In this document: piece by piece, positions 1 through 8,594 of the stretch | How positions within the stretch are numbered: position 1 is the stretch's first letter | Layout of the letters: the number at the start of each line of letters is the position of its first letter | Origin: Bacteroidales bacterium | GTDB taxonomy: Bacteria; Bacteroidota; Bacteroidia; Bacteroidales; VadinHA17 | Length of the DNA: 64,000 bases | Assembly: GCA_025454755.1 (NCBI GenBank) | Contig: JALONV010000006.1 | Coordinates: 1,161-65,160 of the forward strand | Direction of reading: 5' to 3' | The notes under the pieces: generated by a model | Told to the model about the DNA's origin: nothing | What the model saw: only the letters and a program-made list of their open reading frames with translations | The model's database searches: none | Position numbers and translations under genes: made by a program

Positions 1-790
1 TAAGACTCCGGAGTTCAGGAACAACTTCCATGATGAAGAAGCGCGGGATGGCAATACCGGTTCCTATGGCGCCGCCTCCGAGATTCACCTGCTTGATCCT
101 CTCAAAGCATTTTGAAACACGCCACCAGTCGCGTGAAAGAGCTTCATTGTATGTACTGAAAAGCTTGCCGAAAGATGAAGGCACAGCCTCCTGCATCTGT
201 GTATAACCGGGACGCAATTTCTCCCTGTTCTGCTTTTCTAACTCTTCGACTCTCTGCCTGAGGCTGTTTATTCTCTCCTCAAGTTCCGCCAGAAGTTTCA
301 TTACTGCAACTGTAAGAGCCGTGGGTATTACATCATTTGTCGACTGGTAAATATTTGCATCTTCTGTGGGATCGATCAGATTGTAATCACCGCATTTTTT
401 CCCGGTTTTAAGAAGGGCAGAATTAGCTATTATTTCATTGATATTCATATTGATGCTTGTTCCTGCTCCTCCCTGGACAGCAGGCACGATGAACTGATCG
501 GAATATTTTCCGTCAGCGACCTCTGCGGCTGAATTGATCAATGCATCCAGGGTTTTATCATCGATGAATTTAAAAGTAAGTTTCTCTCCAAGTTTTGAGA
601 TCGCCGCATCACGGAATTTCCTGTATGTTTTGTAGCAGGCCAGTTTGGTTATTCCGACAGCTTTGTACCATTCAACCGGAAAAGGCTGATCACCGGGGAA
701 GTTATCAATAGCCCTTACGGAATGAATTCCATAAAGTGCACCGGCAGGTATTTGCCGTTCGCCAAGAGTATCTTTTTCAGTTCGATACAT
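1..790 (-). CDS. aspA: Aspartate ammonia-lyase (lyase-1 / class II fumarase-aspartase family), N-terminal ~263 codons; 3' end lies outside the window
   Basis: My own minus-strand translation from ATG at 790-788 gives MYRTEKDTLGERQIPAGALYGIHSVRAIDNF..., followed by QGGAGTSINMNINE and QSTNDV family signatures. It is absent from the ORF track because it is open at the window edge. Confidence 0.75.
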   Translation of the reverse strand, partial: MYRTEKDTLGERQIPAGALYGIHSVRAIDNFPGDQPFPVEWYKAVGITKLACYKTYRKFRDAAISKLGEKLTFKFIDDKTLDALINSAAEVADGKYSDQFIVPAVQGGAGTSINMNINEIIANSALLKTGKKCGDYNLIDPTEDANIYQSTNDVIPTALTVAVMKLLAELEERINSLRQRVEELEKQNREKLRPGYTQMQEAVPSSFGKLFSTYNEALSRDWWRVSKCFERIKQVNLGGGAIGTGIAIPRFFIMEVVPELRSL

Positions 791-805
791 TATTATAATA
801 ATAAA

Positions 806-922
806 CCCCCCATCCCCCCTGAAGGGGGGGTATAGACCCACCACTCTCAGGATTAAGATTGGTTTTAACCCCCCTTTAGAGCCTGTCCCGCGAAGCTTTA
901 GCGTAGCGGGAGGGGCAAGGGG
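806..922. repeat. GC-rich composite hairpin element, copy 1 (B1 module + inverted B2 module)
   Basis: 806-831 reads ccccccatcccccctgaaggggggg (C6/G7 hairpin). The reverse complement of 866-922 reads CCCCTCCCGCtacgctaaagcttcGCGGGAcAGGCTCTAAAGGGGGG, nearly identical to 29487-29530. It abuts the stop codon of the gene at 924. Confidence 0.85.
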
Positions 923-923
923 G

Positions 924-2099
924 TCAGATATTACCTCCTGAAACAGGCCTAGCATATGCAAGTACATCAGCACCTGTTATCTCATCCTTGCAGAGGATTA
1001 TCAGTCTTTCCAGCACATTCCTGAATTCGCGGATATTACCGGTCCATCGAATTTTCTGAAGTTCTTTTATGGCGTCTTTCCTGAAAGTCTTCCTGCTCAT
1101 CCCGTACTCTTTGCAGATCAATGAGTTAAAGTGCTCGGCAAGGAGAGGTATATCTTCTTCACGTTCGTTCAGCGTGGGCACATGAATAAGGATTACGCTG
1201 AGCCTGTGATAGAGATCTTCCCTGAAATTATTGCTCTCGATCTCCTTTTTTATGTTTTTATTGGTAGCGGTTATCACTCTCACATTCACCTGTATATCCT
1301 TGTCGGAGCCCACCCTGGTGATCCTGTTCTCCTGGAGAGCTCTTAAAACCTTGGCCTGGGCAGAAAGGCTCATATCGCCTATCTCATCGAGGAAAAGGGT
1401 TCCTCCATTAGCCTGTTCAAATTTGCCGATACGCTGCTTTATTGCTGATGTGAATGATCCCTTTTCGTGTCCAAACAGTTCGCTTTCAATCAGCTCTGAA
1501 GGGATAGCAGCACAGTTTACCTCGACAAACGGAGCTTTGGCCCTTGAGCTTTTCTCATGGATCTGGTGGGCAACAAGCTCTTTGCCGGTACCGTTTGCGC
1601 CGGTTATAAGGACCCTGGCTTCGGTGGGAGCTACCCTGTCGATCATCTCCTTCACCTTAAGTATAGCTTCCGATTCTCCGACTATCTCATACATCTTGCT
1701 GACCTTGTTTTTCAGAACCTGTGTTTGCGTTATGAGGATCGATTTATCTTTTGCATTTCTTATTGTAATAAGCAGCCTGTTCAGGTCAAGAGGTTTCTCG
1801 AGAAAGTCAAATGCTCCTTTTTTGATCGCATCCACAGCAGTATCGATATTGCCATGACCTGAGATCATGATCACAGGTATGACTGTGGATATCTCTGTTA
1901 TTTTCTGAAGGACCTCTATACCATCCATTTTCTGCATTTTGATATCGCACAGGACAATATCGTATGTGTTGTTTGAGAAAAGCTCAAGTCCCGATAGCCC
2001 GTCTTCTGCAAGATCTACCTCATGTTTCTCGTATTCAAGGACATCCTTAAGAGTATTGCGGATGGCCTTTTCGTCGTCTATGACCAGGATTTTTGACAT
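924..2099 (-). CDS. Sigma-54-dependent response regulator (REC + AAA+), without C-terminal HTH
   Basis: 391-aa ORF with an N-terminal receiver domain. It has Walker A GANGTGKE, Walker B GTLFLDEIGDM and the sigma-54 contact loop ESELFGHEKGSFTSA (GAFTGA-type). The protein ends about 35 aa after GNIREFRNVLERL. Confidence 0.85.
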   Translation of the reverse strand: MSKILVIDDEKAIRNTLKDVLEYEKHEVDLAEDGLSGLELFSNNTYDIVLCDIKMQKMDGIEVLQKITEISTVIPVIMISGHGNIDTAVDAIKKGAFDFLEKPLDLNRLLITIRNAKDKSILITQTQVLKNKVSKMYEIVGESEAILKVKEMIDRVAPTEARVLITGANGTGKELVAHQIHEKSSRAKAPFVEVNCAAIPSELIESELFGHEKGSFTSAIKQRIGKFEQANGGTLFLDEIGDMSLSAQAKVLRALQENRITRVGSDKDIQVNVRVITATNKNIKKEIESNNFREDLYHRLSVILIHVPTLNEREEDIPLLAEHFNSLICKEYGMSRKTFRKDAIKELQKIRWTGNIREFRNVLERLIILCKDEITGADVLAYARPVSGGNI

Positions 2100-2118
2100 T
2101 ATATTTCAATTAAATAAA

Positions 2119-2166
2119 CCTACCCCAACCCCCCGCCGAAGCGGGGCAGGCTCTCCAGGGAGGGGA
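2119..2166. repeat. GC-rich hairpin element, solo B2 module
   Basis: The sequence cctaCCCCaaCCCCCCGCcgaaGCGGGGcAGGCTCTccaGGGAGGGG has the same core as copies at 866-922, 20241-20292 and 29487-29530. Confidence 0.75.
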
Positions 2167-2179
2167 TCTTTTTTCCGGC

Positions 2180-2207
2180 CGCCTGTCGCCTGACGCCTGA
2201 CGCCTAT
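2180..2207. repeat. 7-bp tandem repeat (cgcctgt cgcctga cgcctga cgcctat)
   Basis: Four consecutive heptamers are read directly. The last one overlaps the stop codon of the ABC permease gene. Confidence 0.7.
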
Positions 2208-3559
2208 CCTGAATACCTTAACCATTTCCACATTTCCTTCCAGGATGCTTTCTTTCCATACATCAGAATGCCGGTTCGGTATATCTTGGCAGCCATCCAT
2301 ACAAATGCAAGGAAAGTAACTATCATAAGGCCCATTGACAGAATAATCTGCCATGCCGGAACACCAAAAGGAATTCTTGCCATCATAACGATAGGAGATG
2401 TCAATGGAATTAATGAAAACCAGAAGGCAATAGGGCTATCGGGATTTTGCATTGTTCCCATTGCCACAATAAGGCCGAGAATTATTGGAATTGTCACAGG
2501 AAGCATAAACTGCTGTGTTTCAGTCTCATTATCGACTGCCGATCCTATTGCCGCAAAAACTGATGCATACAGCAGGTAGCCGGTAATGAAGTAAAAAATG
2601 AATGATAATATTATCAAAGTCCAGTTCTGGTTCATGGCATTGTCGAAGAGCTTTGAAAACTCTGCCATCTCCGGCGATATCTGAGCAGTTTGTGAGGCAG
2701 TTGCCTGGGCTGGCGTCTGATTCTCCGCCATAACGTTTTGAGTTATATTCTGTGTGATCTCGGTCATGTTGGTTTTCCTGAGAATTGTCGTTTTGAGAAC
2801 TGCAACCGCTCCCATTGTCAGTATTACCCAAATCATGAACTGTGTAAGACCGACCAATGCAACACCTATGATCTTTCCCATCATCAGCTGTACCGGTTTT
2901 ACCGATGAGACTATAACTTCAACCACCCGGCTTACTTTTTCTTCAATAACACCTCTCATAACCTGTGCGCCGAACATAAATACAAGCATATACATAAGGA
3001 ATCCTCCGATATATGCTAGCGCCATCGCAATTCCTGTACTTGTCTCAGTTGTTCCGCCCGCCTCATCAACCAGCTTTGTTACCGGATTTACATTCGTTCT
3101 GATCTGCTTCAGAATTGAATCGAGATTTTGAATATTATATTCCTGGAGCTTCTTCTTTTCAATATCTTTTTCGAGTGAACTTGAAATATGATCAAGGAGT
3201 GCAATATCAGGCTGTTTCTTCGAATAGATGATGGGATTGTTCAGTGCCCTTGGCGAGATATAAAGCACTCCATAATAACCGGCAGTATCGAAAGTCTTTA
3301 TCATGTCGTTTATGTCGGTGCCGGACAGGTATACAAAATCCTCATTCCTGGTGTCGGGGATCACATTCTGGAATTCTGTTGTGTTATCCTGGATTACAGC
3401 TATCTTCTTGAGATCCTTATCGCCGGAAAGCATCATCAGCGGCATGATCACAACAAGCGAAGCCATCAGCAAAGGAGCAAGGAGTGTCATTATGATAAAT
3501 GACTTTTTCCTAACCCTTGTAAGATATTCTCTTCTAATTATTACAGATACCTTATTCAT
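2204..3559 (-). CDS. ABC-2 type transporter permease (NatB-like)
   Basis: 451-aa ORF with an N-terminal TM helix, a large extracytoplasmic region and a C-terminal cluster of TM helices. It lies 29 nt downstream of the ABC ATPase gene on the same strand. Confidence 0.7.
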   Translation of the reverse strand: MNKVSVIIRREYLTRVRKKSFIIMTLLAPLLMASLVVIMPLMMLSGDKDLKKIAVIQDNTTEFQNVIPDTRNEDFVYLSGTDINDMIKTFDTAGYYGVLYISPRALNNPIIYSKKQPDIALLDHISSSLEKDIEKKKLQEYNIQNLDSILKQIRTNVNPVTKLVDEAGGTTETSTGIAMALAYIGGFLMYMLVFMFGAQVMRGVIEEKVSRVVEVIVSSVKPVQLMMGKIIGVALVGLTQFMIWVILTMGAVAVLKTTILRKTNMTEITQNITQNVMAENQTPAQATASQTAQISPEMAEFSKLFDNAMNQNWTLIILSFIFYFITGYLLYASVFAAIGSAVDNETETQQFMLPVTIPIILGLIVAMGTMQNPDSPIAFWFSLIPLTSPIVMMARIPFGVPAWQIILSMGLMIVTFLAFVWMAAKIYRTGILMYGKKASWKEMWKWLRYSG

Positions 3560-3588
3560 ATTCAGTTTTTTTCAGTGTTTGGGAAAGG

Positions 3589-4497
3589 TTAATTGCGTGA
3601 TTCTACAACCCTGATGAATATTTCATTCATCGACGGAAGTGCAGGATTAAAAGAAATGACTTTGCCTGATTTCATCACATCGTTCAGGATTTCATTTGTC
3701 GACACATCAGTTGCTGCTGAAAGCCTGATCGCAGACTTGCCATTTTCTACAGTCTGGCTCAGAATCTTGAAATGTCCGTTTTCCTGGAGTTTTATATCGC
3801 CCTGAAAGACAAGCTCATACTCGCTTCCTGCCCATTTGTTACGGATCTCGTCAACCCTCCCTTCCAGGATTGTCTTTCCCTTGTTGATAAGAGTAATATT
3901 GTCACAAAGCTCCTCAACTGACGCCATATTATGAGTCGAGAAGATTATTGTAGCGCCCCTTTCCCTTAGAAAAAGTATCTCATTCTTTATCGTATTTGCA
4001 TTGACAGGGTCAAATCCGGTAAAGGGTTCATCAAAGATTATCAGCTTCGGTTCGTGCAGGATGGTTGTTATGAACTGTACTTTCTGCTGCATTCCCTTTG
4101 AAAGTTCTTCAACTTTCTTGTTCCACCAGTCGACCATCTCAAGCTTTTTGAACCAATACCTGAGCCTTTTCATGGCTTCAGCTTTTGATAATCCTTTCAG
4201 CTGGGCAAAATAAAGAGCCTCTTCACCCACTTTCATTTTCCTGTAAAGTCCGCGCTCCTCGGGCAGGTAGCCTATGGTCAGGACATCTTCCGGCATAAGT
4301 TTTTTTCCATTGAGGAAAAGCGTTCCTGAATCGGGTCCGGTTATCTGGTTTATGATCCTGATAAGTGTTGTTTTACCGGCACCATTTGGTCCAAGAAGTC
4401 CGTATATGCATTTTTCAGGCACCGATATGCTGACATCATCGAGTGCCTTGAAATCGCCGAACTGCTTAGTTACATTCTTAGCTTCGAAAAGTGACAT
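3589..4497 (-). CDS. ABC transporter ATP-binding protein (NatA-like)
   Basis: Walker A GPNGAGKTT, ABC signature LSKGMQQKV and Walker B LIIFDEPFTGFD. Confidence 0.9.
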   Translation of the reverse strand: MSLFEAKNVTKQFGDFKALDDVSISVPEKCIYGLLGPNGAGKTTLIRIINQITGPDSGTLFLNGKKLMPEDVLTIGYLPEERGLYRKMKVGEEALYFAQLKGLSKAEAMKRLRYWFKKLEMVDWWNKKVEELSKGMQQKVQFITTILHEPKLIIFDEPFTGFDPVNANTIKNEILFLRERGATIIFSTHNMASVEELCDNITLINKGKTILEGRVDEIRNKWAGSEYELVFQGDIKLQENGHFKILSQTVENGKSAIRLSAATDVSTNEILNDVMKSGKVISFNPALPSMNEIFIRVVESRN

Positions 4498-4547
4498 AAT
4501 AAGTTGGTTAAATTTTAATTGTGAGGTGTAAATATAAGAAATCCCTG

Positions 4548-5696
4548 CTATTCAAAATATCCTCTCATTCTCTCAAAAAATCCATTATCATCTTTATCGG
4601 GCTTGGGAATGAATGATCCTGATTCTTTGAATTTCTCAATTATCCTGCTTTCTTCCTTGCTCAGGCTCTTTGGGATCCAGACGTTTACATTAACAAGAAG
4701 GTCGCCATGGCCATAGCCGTTCACTTCAGGCAGGCCTTTTCCCCTGAGGCGCAGGATCTTCCCGGGCTGGGTGCCCGGTTCGATCTTTATTTTTACGTTA
4801 TTATCGACTGTGGGCACTTCAACATGAGTTCCGAGGACTGCATCAGGGATACTGATGAACAGGTTATATATCAGATTGTTTCCTTCCCTTATCAATTCAG
4901 GATGTTCTTCTTCATCGATAACCACAAGCAGGTCGCCGTTTACGCCACCCCGGCGCGGAGCATTGCCTTTCCCGCTGACTGTCATCTGCATACCCTTTCC
5001 GACACCTGCAGGGATGTTTATCTTGATTATATCTTCTTTCTGTATTACTCCTTCACCATAGCAGGAAGGACATTTCCTGGTTATGGTCTTTCCCTCTCCG
5101 CCGCATGCAGGGCAAACTGATGTAGTCTGCATTTGTCCCAGCATTGTGTTTGTAAGGCGGGTAACATGACCTGATCCATGGCAGGTCGAACAATTAGAAA
5201 TACTGTTTGAGTCTGCAGCGCCTGTCCCTCCGCATACGGTACAGGTATCGTATTTTGTGACTTTGATCTTCTTTTCGGCACCATTTGCTATTTCATGAAG
5301 GGAGAGCTTCACTTTCACCCTCAGGTTGGTTCCCTTATTCACCCTGCGTGAACTGCGCCGGCTGCTTCCGAAACCTCCAAATCCTCCAAATGCATCACCA
5401 AAGATATCTCCGAATGAAGAAAAGATATCTTCCATAGTCATTCCGCCGCCACTGAATCCGCCTGAAGCTCCGCTCATACCTGCATGGCCGAAACGATCAT
5501 ACCTGGATTTCTTTTCGTCGTTACTGAGTACTTCATAGGCTTCAGCGGCTTCCTTGAAGGCCTCTTCAGCTTTTTTATCGCCAGGATTCTTATCGGGATG
5601 AAATTTTAAAGCCTGTTTTCTGTAGGCTTTTTTAATCTCATCCTTAGTGGCACTTTTGGATACCCCCAGGACTTCGTAATAATCTCTCTTTCCCAT
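4548..5696 (-). CDS. dnaJ: Molecular chaperone DnaJ
   Basis: J domain with HPDKN, a G/F-rich linker, four CxxCxGxG zinc-finger repeats and a C-terminal substrate-binding region. Confidence 0.97.
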   Translation of the reverse strand: MGKRDYYEVLGVSKSATKDEIKKAYRKQALKFHPDKNPGDKKAEEAFKEAAEAYEVLSNDEKKSRYDRFGHAGMSGASGGFSGGGMTMEDIFSSFGDIFGDAFGGFGGFGSSRRSSRRVNKGTNLRVKVKLSLHEIANGAEKKIKVTKYDTCTVCGGTGAADSNSISNCSTCHGSGHVTRLTNTMLGQMQTTSVCPACGGEGKTITRKCPSCYGEGVIQKEDIIKINIPAGVGKGMQMTVSGKGNAPRRGGVNGDLLVVIDEEEHPELIREGNNLIYNLFISIPDAVLGTHVEVPTVDNNVKIKIEPGTQPGKILRLRGKGLPEVNGYGHGDLLVNVNVWIPKSLSKEESRIIEKFKESGSFIPKPDKDDNGFFERMRGYFE

Positions 5697-5700
5697 GCAA

Positions 5701-6315
5701 TTATTCTCCTATTACAACCTTGGCATGTCTTATGACCTTATCTTTAAGGTAATATCCTTTTTTTACCACATCGACAATAATTCCCTTTTTTGCTTCATCC
5801 TCAACCGCAGTTTTTGCCACGGCATCATGGAGGTCGACATTAAAAGGAGAGTTGATTGATTCAATCTCCCGCACTTCATTTTGTTTAAGGAAATCGGTAA
5901 ATTTTGCGTATATGAGATCGATGCCGCTTTTAATCGCAAGGCAGTCGGTGGCGTTTTCCATATTCGCCAGGGCCCTTTCGAAATCGTCCATTACCGGCAG
6001 GATTTTTAGCAGAACCTCCTCGCTTGCATATTTATACAATTCCATTTTCTCGCGAAGGGAGCGTTTTCTGTAATTATCAAATTCTGCAGACAGACGCAAA
6101 TACCTGTCCTGCATCTCTGCCAGTTTTTCTTCAGGCGAAGGCTCCTCCTTTACAACTTTGTCAGATGCTTTTCCCTCCTCTGAAACAGGTTCCTCTGCCG
6201 GAGGGACCGGAGATCCGGTCTGATCAAGATCTTCATTTACGCGGTTATCAGCTTTATTATCAACAGTTTCATCATACCTTTCCTTTTCCTGGTCAGGGCT
6301 CTTCTTCTTCACCAT
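5701..6315 (-). CDS. grpE: Nucleotide exchange factor GrpE
   Basis: Acidic N-terminus followed by a GrpE core ([13 protein letters not shown]...). It lies 4 nt upstream of dnaJ. The ORF track starts at TTG 6324; the first ATG is at 6315. Confidence 0.92.
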   Translation of the reverse strand: MVKKKSPDQEKERYDETVDNKADNRVNEDLDQTGSPVPPAEEPVSEEGKASDKVVKEEPSPEEKLAEMQDRYLRLSAEFDNYRKRSLREKMELYKYASEEVLLKILPVMDDFERALANMENATDCLAIKSGIDLIYAKFTDFLKQNEVREIESINSPFNVDLHDAVAKTAVEDEAKKGIIVDVVKKGYYLKDKVIRHAKVVIGE

Positions 6316-6392
6316 CACTAACAAATTTTCGAATTGATACTTCTTTATTTAACAAAATGCCTGCCAATGGAGGTTTATTGACAAATTGACAG

Positions 6393-6519
6393 TACGGCTC
6401 AACGGCATTACGGCATTACGGCATTACGGCATTACGGCATTATGGCATTATTGTATTATGGCATAAAGAGGTCATAGTTTTCAGGTAAAAAGCCGTATAA
6501 CCTTATTGCCTTAATACCC
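6393..6519. repeat. Octamer-periodic repeat array (NACGGCAT)x9 with degenerate inverted arm
   Basis: 6393-6464 holds nine contiguous 8-bp units: tacggctc, aacggcat, tacggcat x4, tatggcat, tattgtat, tatggcat. 6492-6519 (gccgtata accttatt gccttaat accc) is an imperfect inverted copy. Confidence 0.85.
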
Positions 6520-7823
6520 TAAAGCCTTTTAATATCCGCTCCCAGCGCATTCAGTCTTTTATCGATATTCTGGTATCCCCTGTCGATCTGTTCGATATTG
6601 TGGATTGTGCTTATTCCCTCAGCCGACAATGCAGCAATGAGCAGTGCTACTCCGGCCCTTATATCAGGGGATGACATTGTTGTTCCGCGGAGTTTTATCA
6701 TTTTATCCAATCCAATTACTGTTGCCCTGTGCGGGTCGCACAGGATGATCTGGGCTCCCATATCAATAAGCTTATCGACAAAAAAGAGGCGGCTTTCGAA
6801 CATCTTCTGATGGATAAGAACAGAACCCTTGGCCTGCGTTGCAGTGACCAGAAAAACACTCAGCAAATCAGGTGTCAGTCCTGGCCAGATCGCATCGGCT
6901 ATAACCATTATAGATCCATCAATAAATGTCTCGATCTCATAGTGTTCCTGTCTTGGGATAAAGATATCGTCACCTCTTCTTTCAAGTGCAATGCCGAGAC
7001 GGCGGAATGAATCCGGAATTATTCCCAGGTTTTCGAAGGATACATTTTTAATGGTCAGTTCTGATTCTGTCATTGCTGCCATACCAATGAATGAGCCGAT
7101 TTCGATCATATCAGGAAGGATGGTATGTGAGCATCCTTTAAGTTCTTTGACTCCGTCGATATACAGCAGATTTGACCCAATGCCAGCTATCCTGGCGCCC
7201 ATAGATACAAGCATCCTGCAAAGCTGCTGGATATAAGGTTCACAGGCAGCATTATAAATAGTTGTTCTTCCACTGGCCAGAACTGAGGCCATAATAATAT
7301 TGGCAGTTCCGGTTACTGAAGCTTCATCGAGGTGCATATAGGCTCCGGTCAGGGACTTGGCTTCAACTTTAAAGAACGGATCAGAAGAGTCAAATTCAAA
7401 GTTTGCTCCGAGTTTCTGAAAACCGATGAAGTGTGTATCGAGTCTCCTTCGGCCTATTTTGTCGCCGCCGGGTTTTGGTATGAATGCCTTTCCGTATCGT
7501 GCCAGCAACGGTCCCACGATCATCACCGACCCCCTCAGGCTTATGCTCTGTGCCCTGTATTCGGGTGTCTGAAGATAATCAAGGTTTATATTATGTGCTT
7601 CAAAGGTTGTAGCTGAGTCTGGCTCTTTTGTCACTTTTACCCCCATGGAGCCGACAAGCTCGATCAGCTTATTTACATCAGCAATGTCGGGGATGTTATG
7701 GATTGTTACCTTCTCCGGAGTTAGAAGAACGGCACAGATAACCTGAAGTGCCTCGTTTTTTGCTCCCTGAGGAGTAATTTCGCCTTTAAGAGATTTTCCT
7801 CCGTTGACAACAAAAGTTCCCAT
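6519..7823 (-). CDS. murA: UDP-N-acetylglucosamine 1-carboxyvinyltransferase
   Basis: 434-aa ORF with the EPSP-synthase/MurA fold sequence (MGTFVVNGGKSLKGEITPQGAKNEALQ..., ...DRGYQNIDKRLNALGADIKR). Confidence 0.93.
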   Translation of the reverse strand: MGTFVVNGGKSLKGEITPQGAKNEALQVICAVLLTPEKVTIHNIPDIADVNKLIELVGSMGVKVTKEPDSATTFEAHNINLDYLQTPEYRAQSISLRGSVMIVGPLLARYGKAFIPKPGGDKIGRRRLDTHFIGFQKLGANFEFDSSDPFFKVEAKSLTGAYMHLDEASVTGTANIIMASVLASGRTTIYNAACEPYIQQLCRMLVSMGARIAGIGSNLLYIDGVKELKGCSHTILPDMIEIGSFIGMAAMTESELTIKNVSFENLGIIPDSFRRLGIALERRGDDIFIPRQEHYEIETFIDGSIMVIADAIWPGLTPDLLSVFLVTATQAKGSVLIHQKMFESRLFFVDKLIDMGAQIILCDPHRATVIGLDKMIKLRGTTMSSPDIRAGVALLIAALSAEGISTIHNIEQIDRGYQNIDKRLNALGADIKRL

Positions 7824-8467
7824 TAATGGCGGGTATATCCTTTTTTCTTATTGAATTGTTTATTCTGTGATTTTCCGTGAGGTTTGCCCTGAGGTTTCTT
7901 CTTAACCTGCGGAATAAGCTCTTTAACCTCGAGTATTCTTACACCTTCTGTAATCTTCAGCCTGCCTCTGGATAACAGTTTAAGATCGCCTATTATCACT
8001 TCATCGGCAACCTGTCCTCTGTTCCATGTGATATAGGATTTTTTCATCTGGTTCACTATCAGCGTGGTAAGATATTCTTTTTCCTCGCCATCGGGCATGT
8101 CGGCTGCTGCATCAATAAGCATTTCAATAATCCGGCCATAGTGAAGGTATCTTATGTCTCCCTGTTTATAAGGTATCAGATTGGGTTTTTCAACAAACTT
8201 GGTCCGTTCAGGTACAGGATATGGAGGATCAATATCGAGTTCAAAATCTGCGATAAGGGCAAGGTGGTCCCAAAGCTTGTGCCTGAAATCGCCTTCATCG
8301 CGCAGGTGCGGATTAAGGTTGCCCATGATCTGAATGATGGTCTTGGCCGCACGGTTTCTTTCATCCCTGTCCTCAATGGTTTTAATGTGATCCACCATCT
8401 TCTGGACGTTCCTCCCATACTCAGGAAGCGCCATCCTTTTTCGCTGGGTATTATAATCGTATGCCAT
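7823..8467 (-). CDS. DUF4290-like conserved Bacteroidota protein
   Basis: 214-aa ORF starting MAYDYNTQRKRMALPEYGRNVQKMV.., with a basic C-terminal tail. It overlaps the murA start by 1 nt. The family name is from memory. Confidence 0.6.
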   Translation of the reverse strand: MAYDYNTQRKRMALPEYGRNVQKMVDHIKTIEDRDERNRAAKTIIQIMGNLNPHLRDEGDFRHKLWDHLALIADFELDIDPPYPVPERTKFVEKPNLIPYKQGDIRYLHYGRIIEMLIDAAADMPDGEEKEYLTTLIVNQMKKSYITWNRGQVADEVIIGDLKLLSRGRLKITEGVRILEVKELIPQVKKKPQGKPHGKSQNKQFNKKKGYTRH

Positions 8468-8574
8468 TTTTCCAAGTTTGCTGCAAAGCTAATAATTATA
8501 TGGCAATTCACGAAAGATTAAGTTAGGGCCTCAAGAGTCCGGACATCTGATTTTTTATGTTTCAAAGCTCTTGC

Positions 8575-8582
8575 TACCTTTG
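8575..8582 (+). promoter_or_regulatory. Bacteroidota-type -7 promoter box (TAccTTTG) for the aminopeptidase gene
   Basis: Exact match to TAnnTTTG, 13 nt upstream of ATG 8595. This places the ORF-track TTG start (8571) upstream of the likely transcription start. Confidence 0.45.
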
Positions 8583-8594
8583 GTTATATTTAAA

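Noticed and set aside
1939-2354. ORFs of 84 aa (+) and 82 aa (-) across the 2100-2200 gap
   Set aside because: Both run through the repeat element and overlap the ends of flanking real genes. The Gly/Arg/Pro-rich translations are typical of repeat read-through.
6393-6465. Possible CRISPR array, suggested by regularly spaced repeats
   Set aside because: The units are only 8 bp and directly abutting, with no spacers, and no cas genes are in the window. This is a microsatellite-like tandem array, not a CRISPR.
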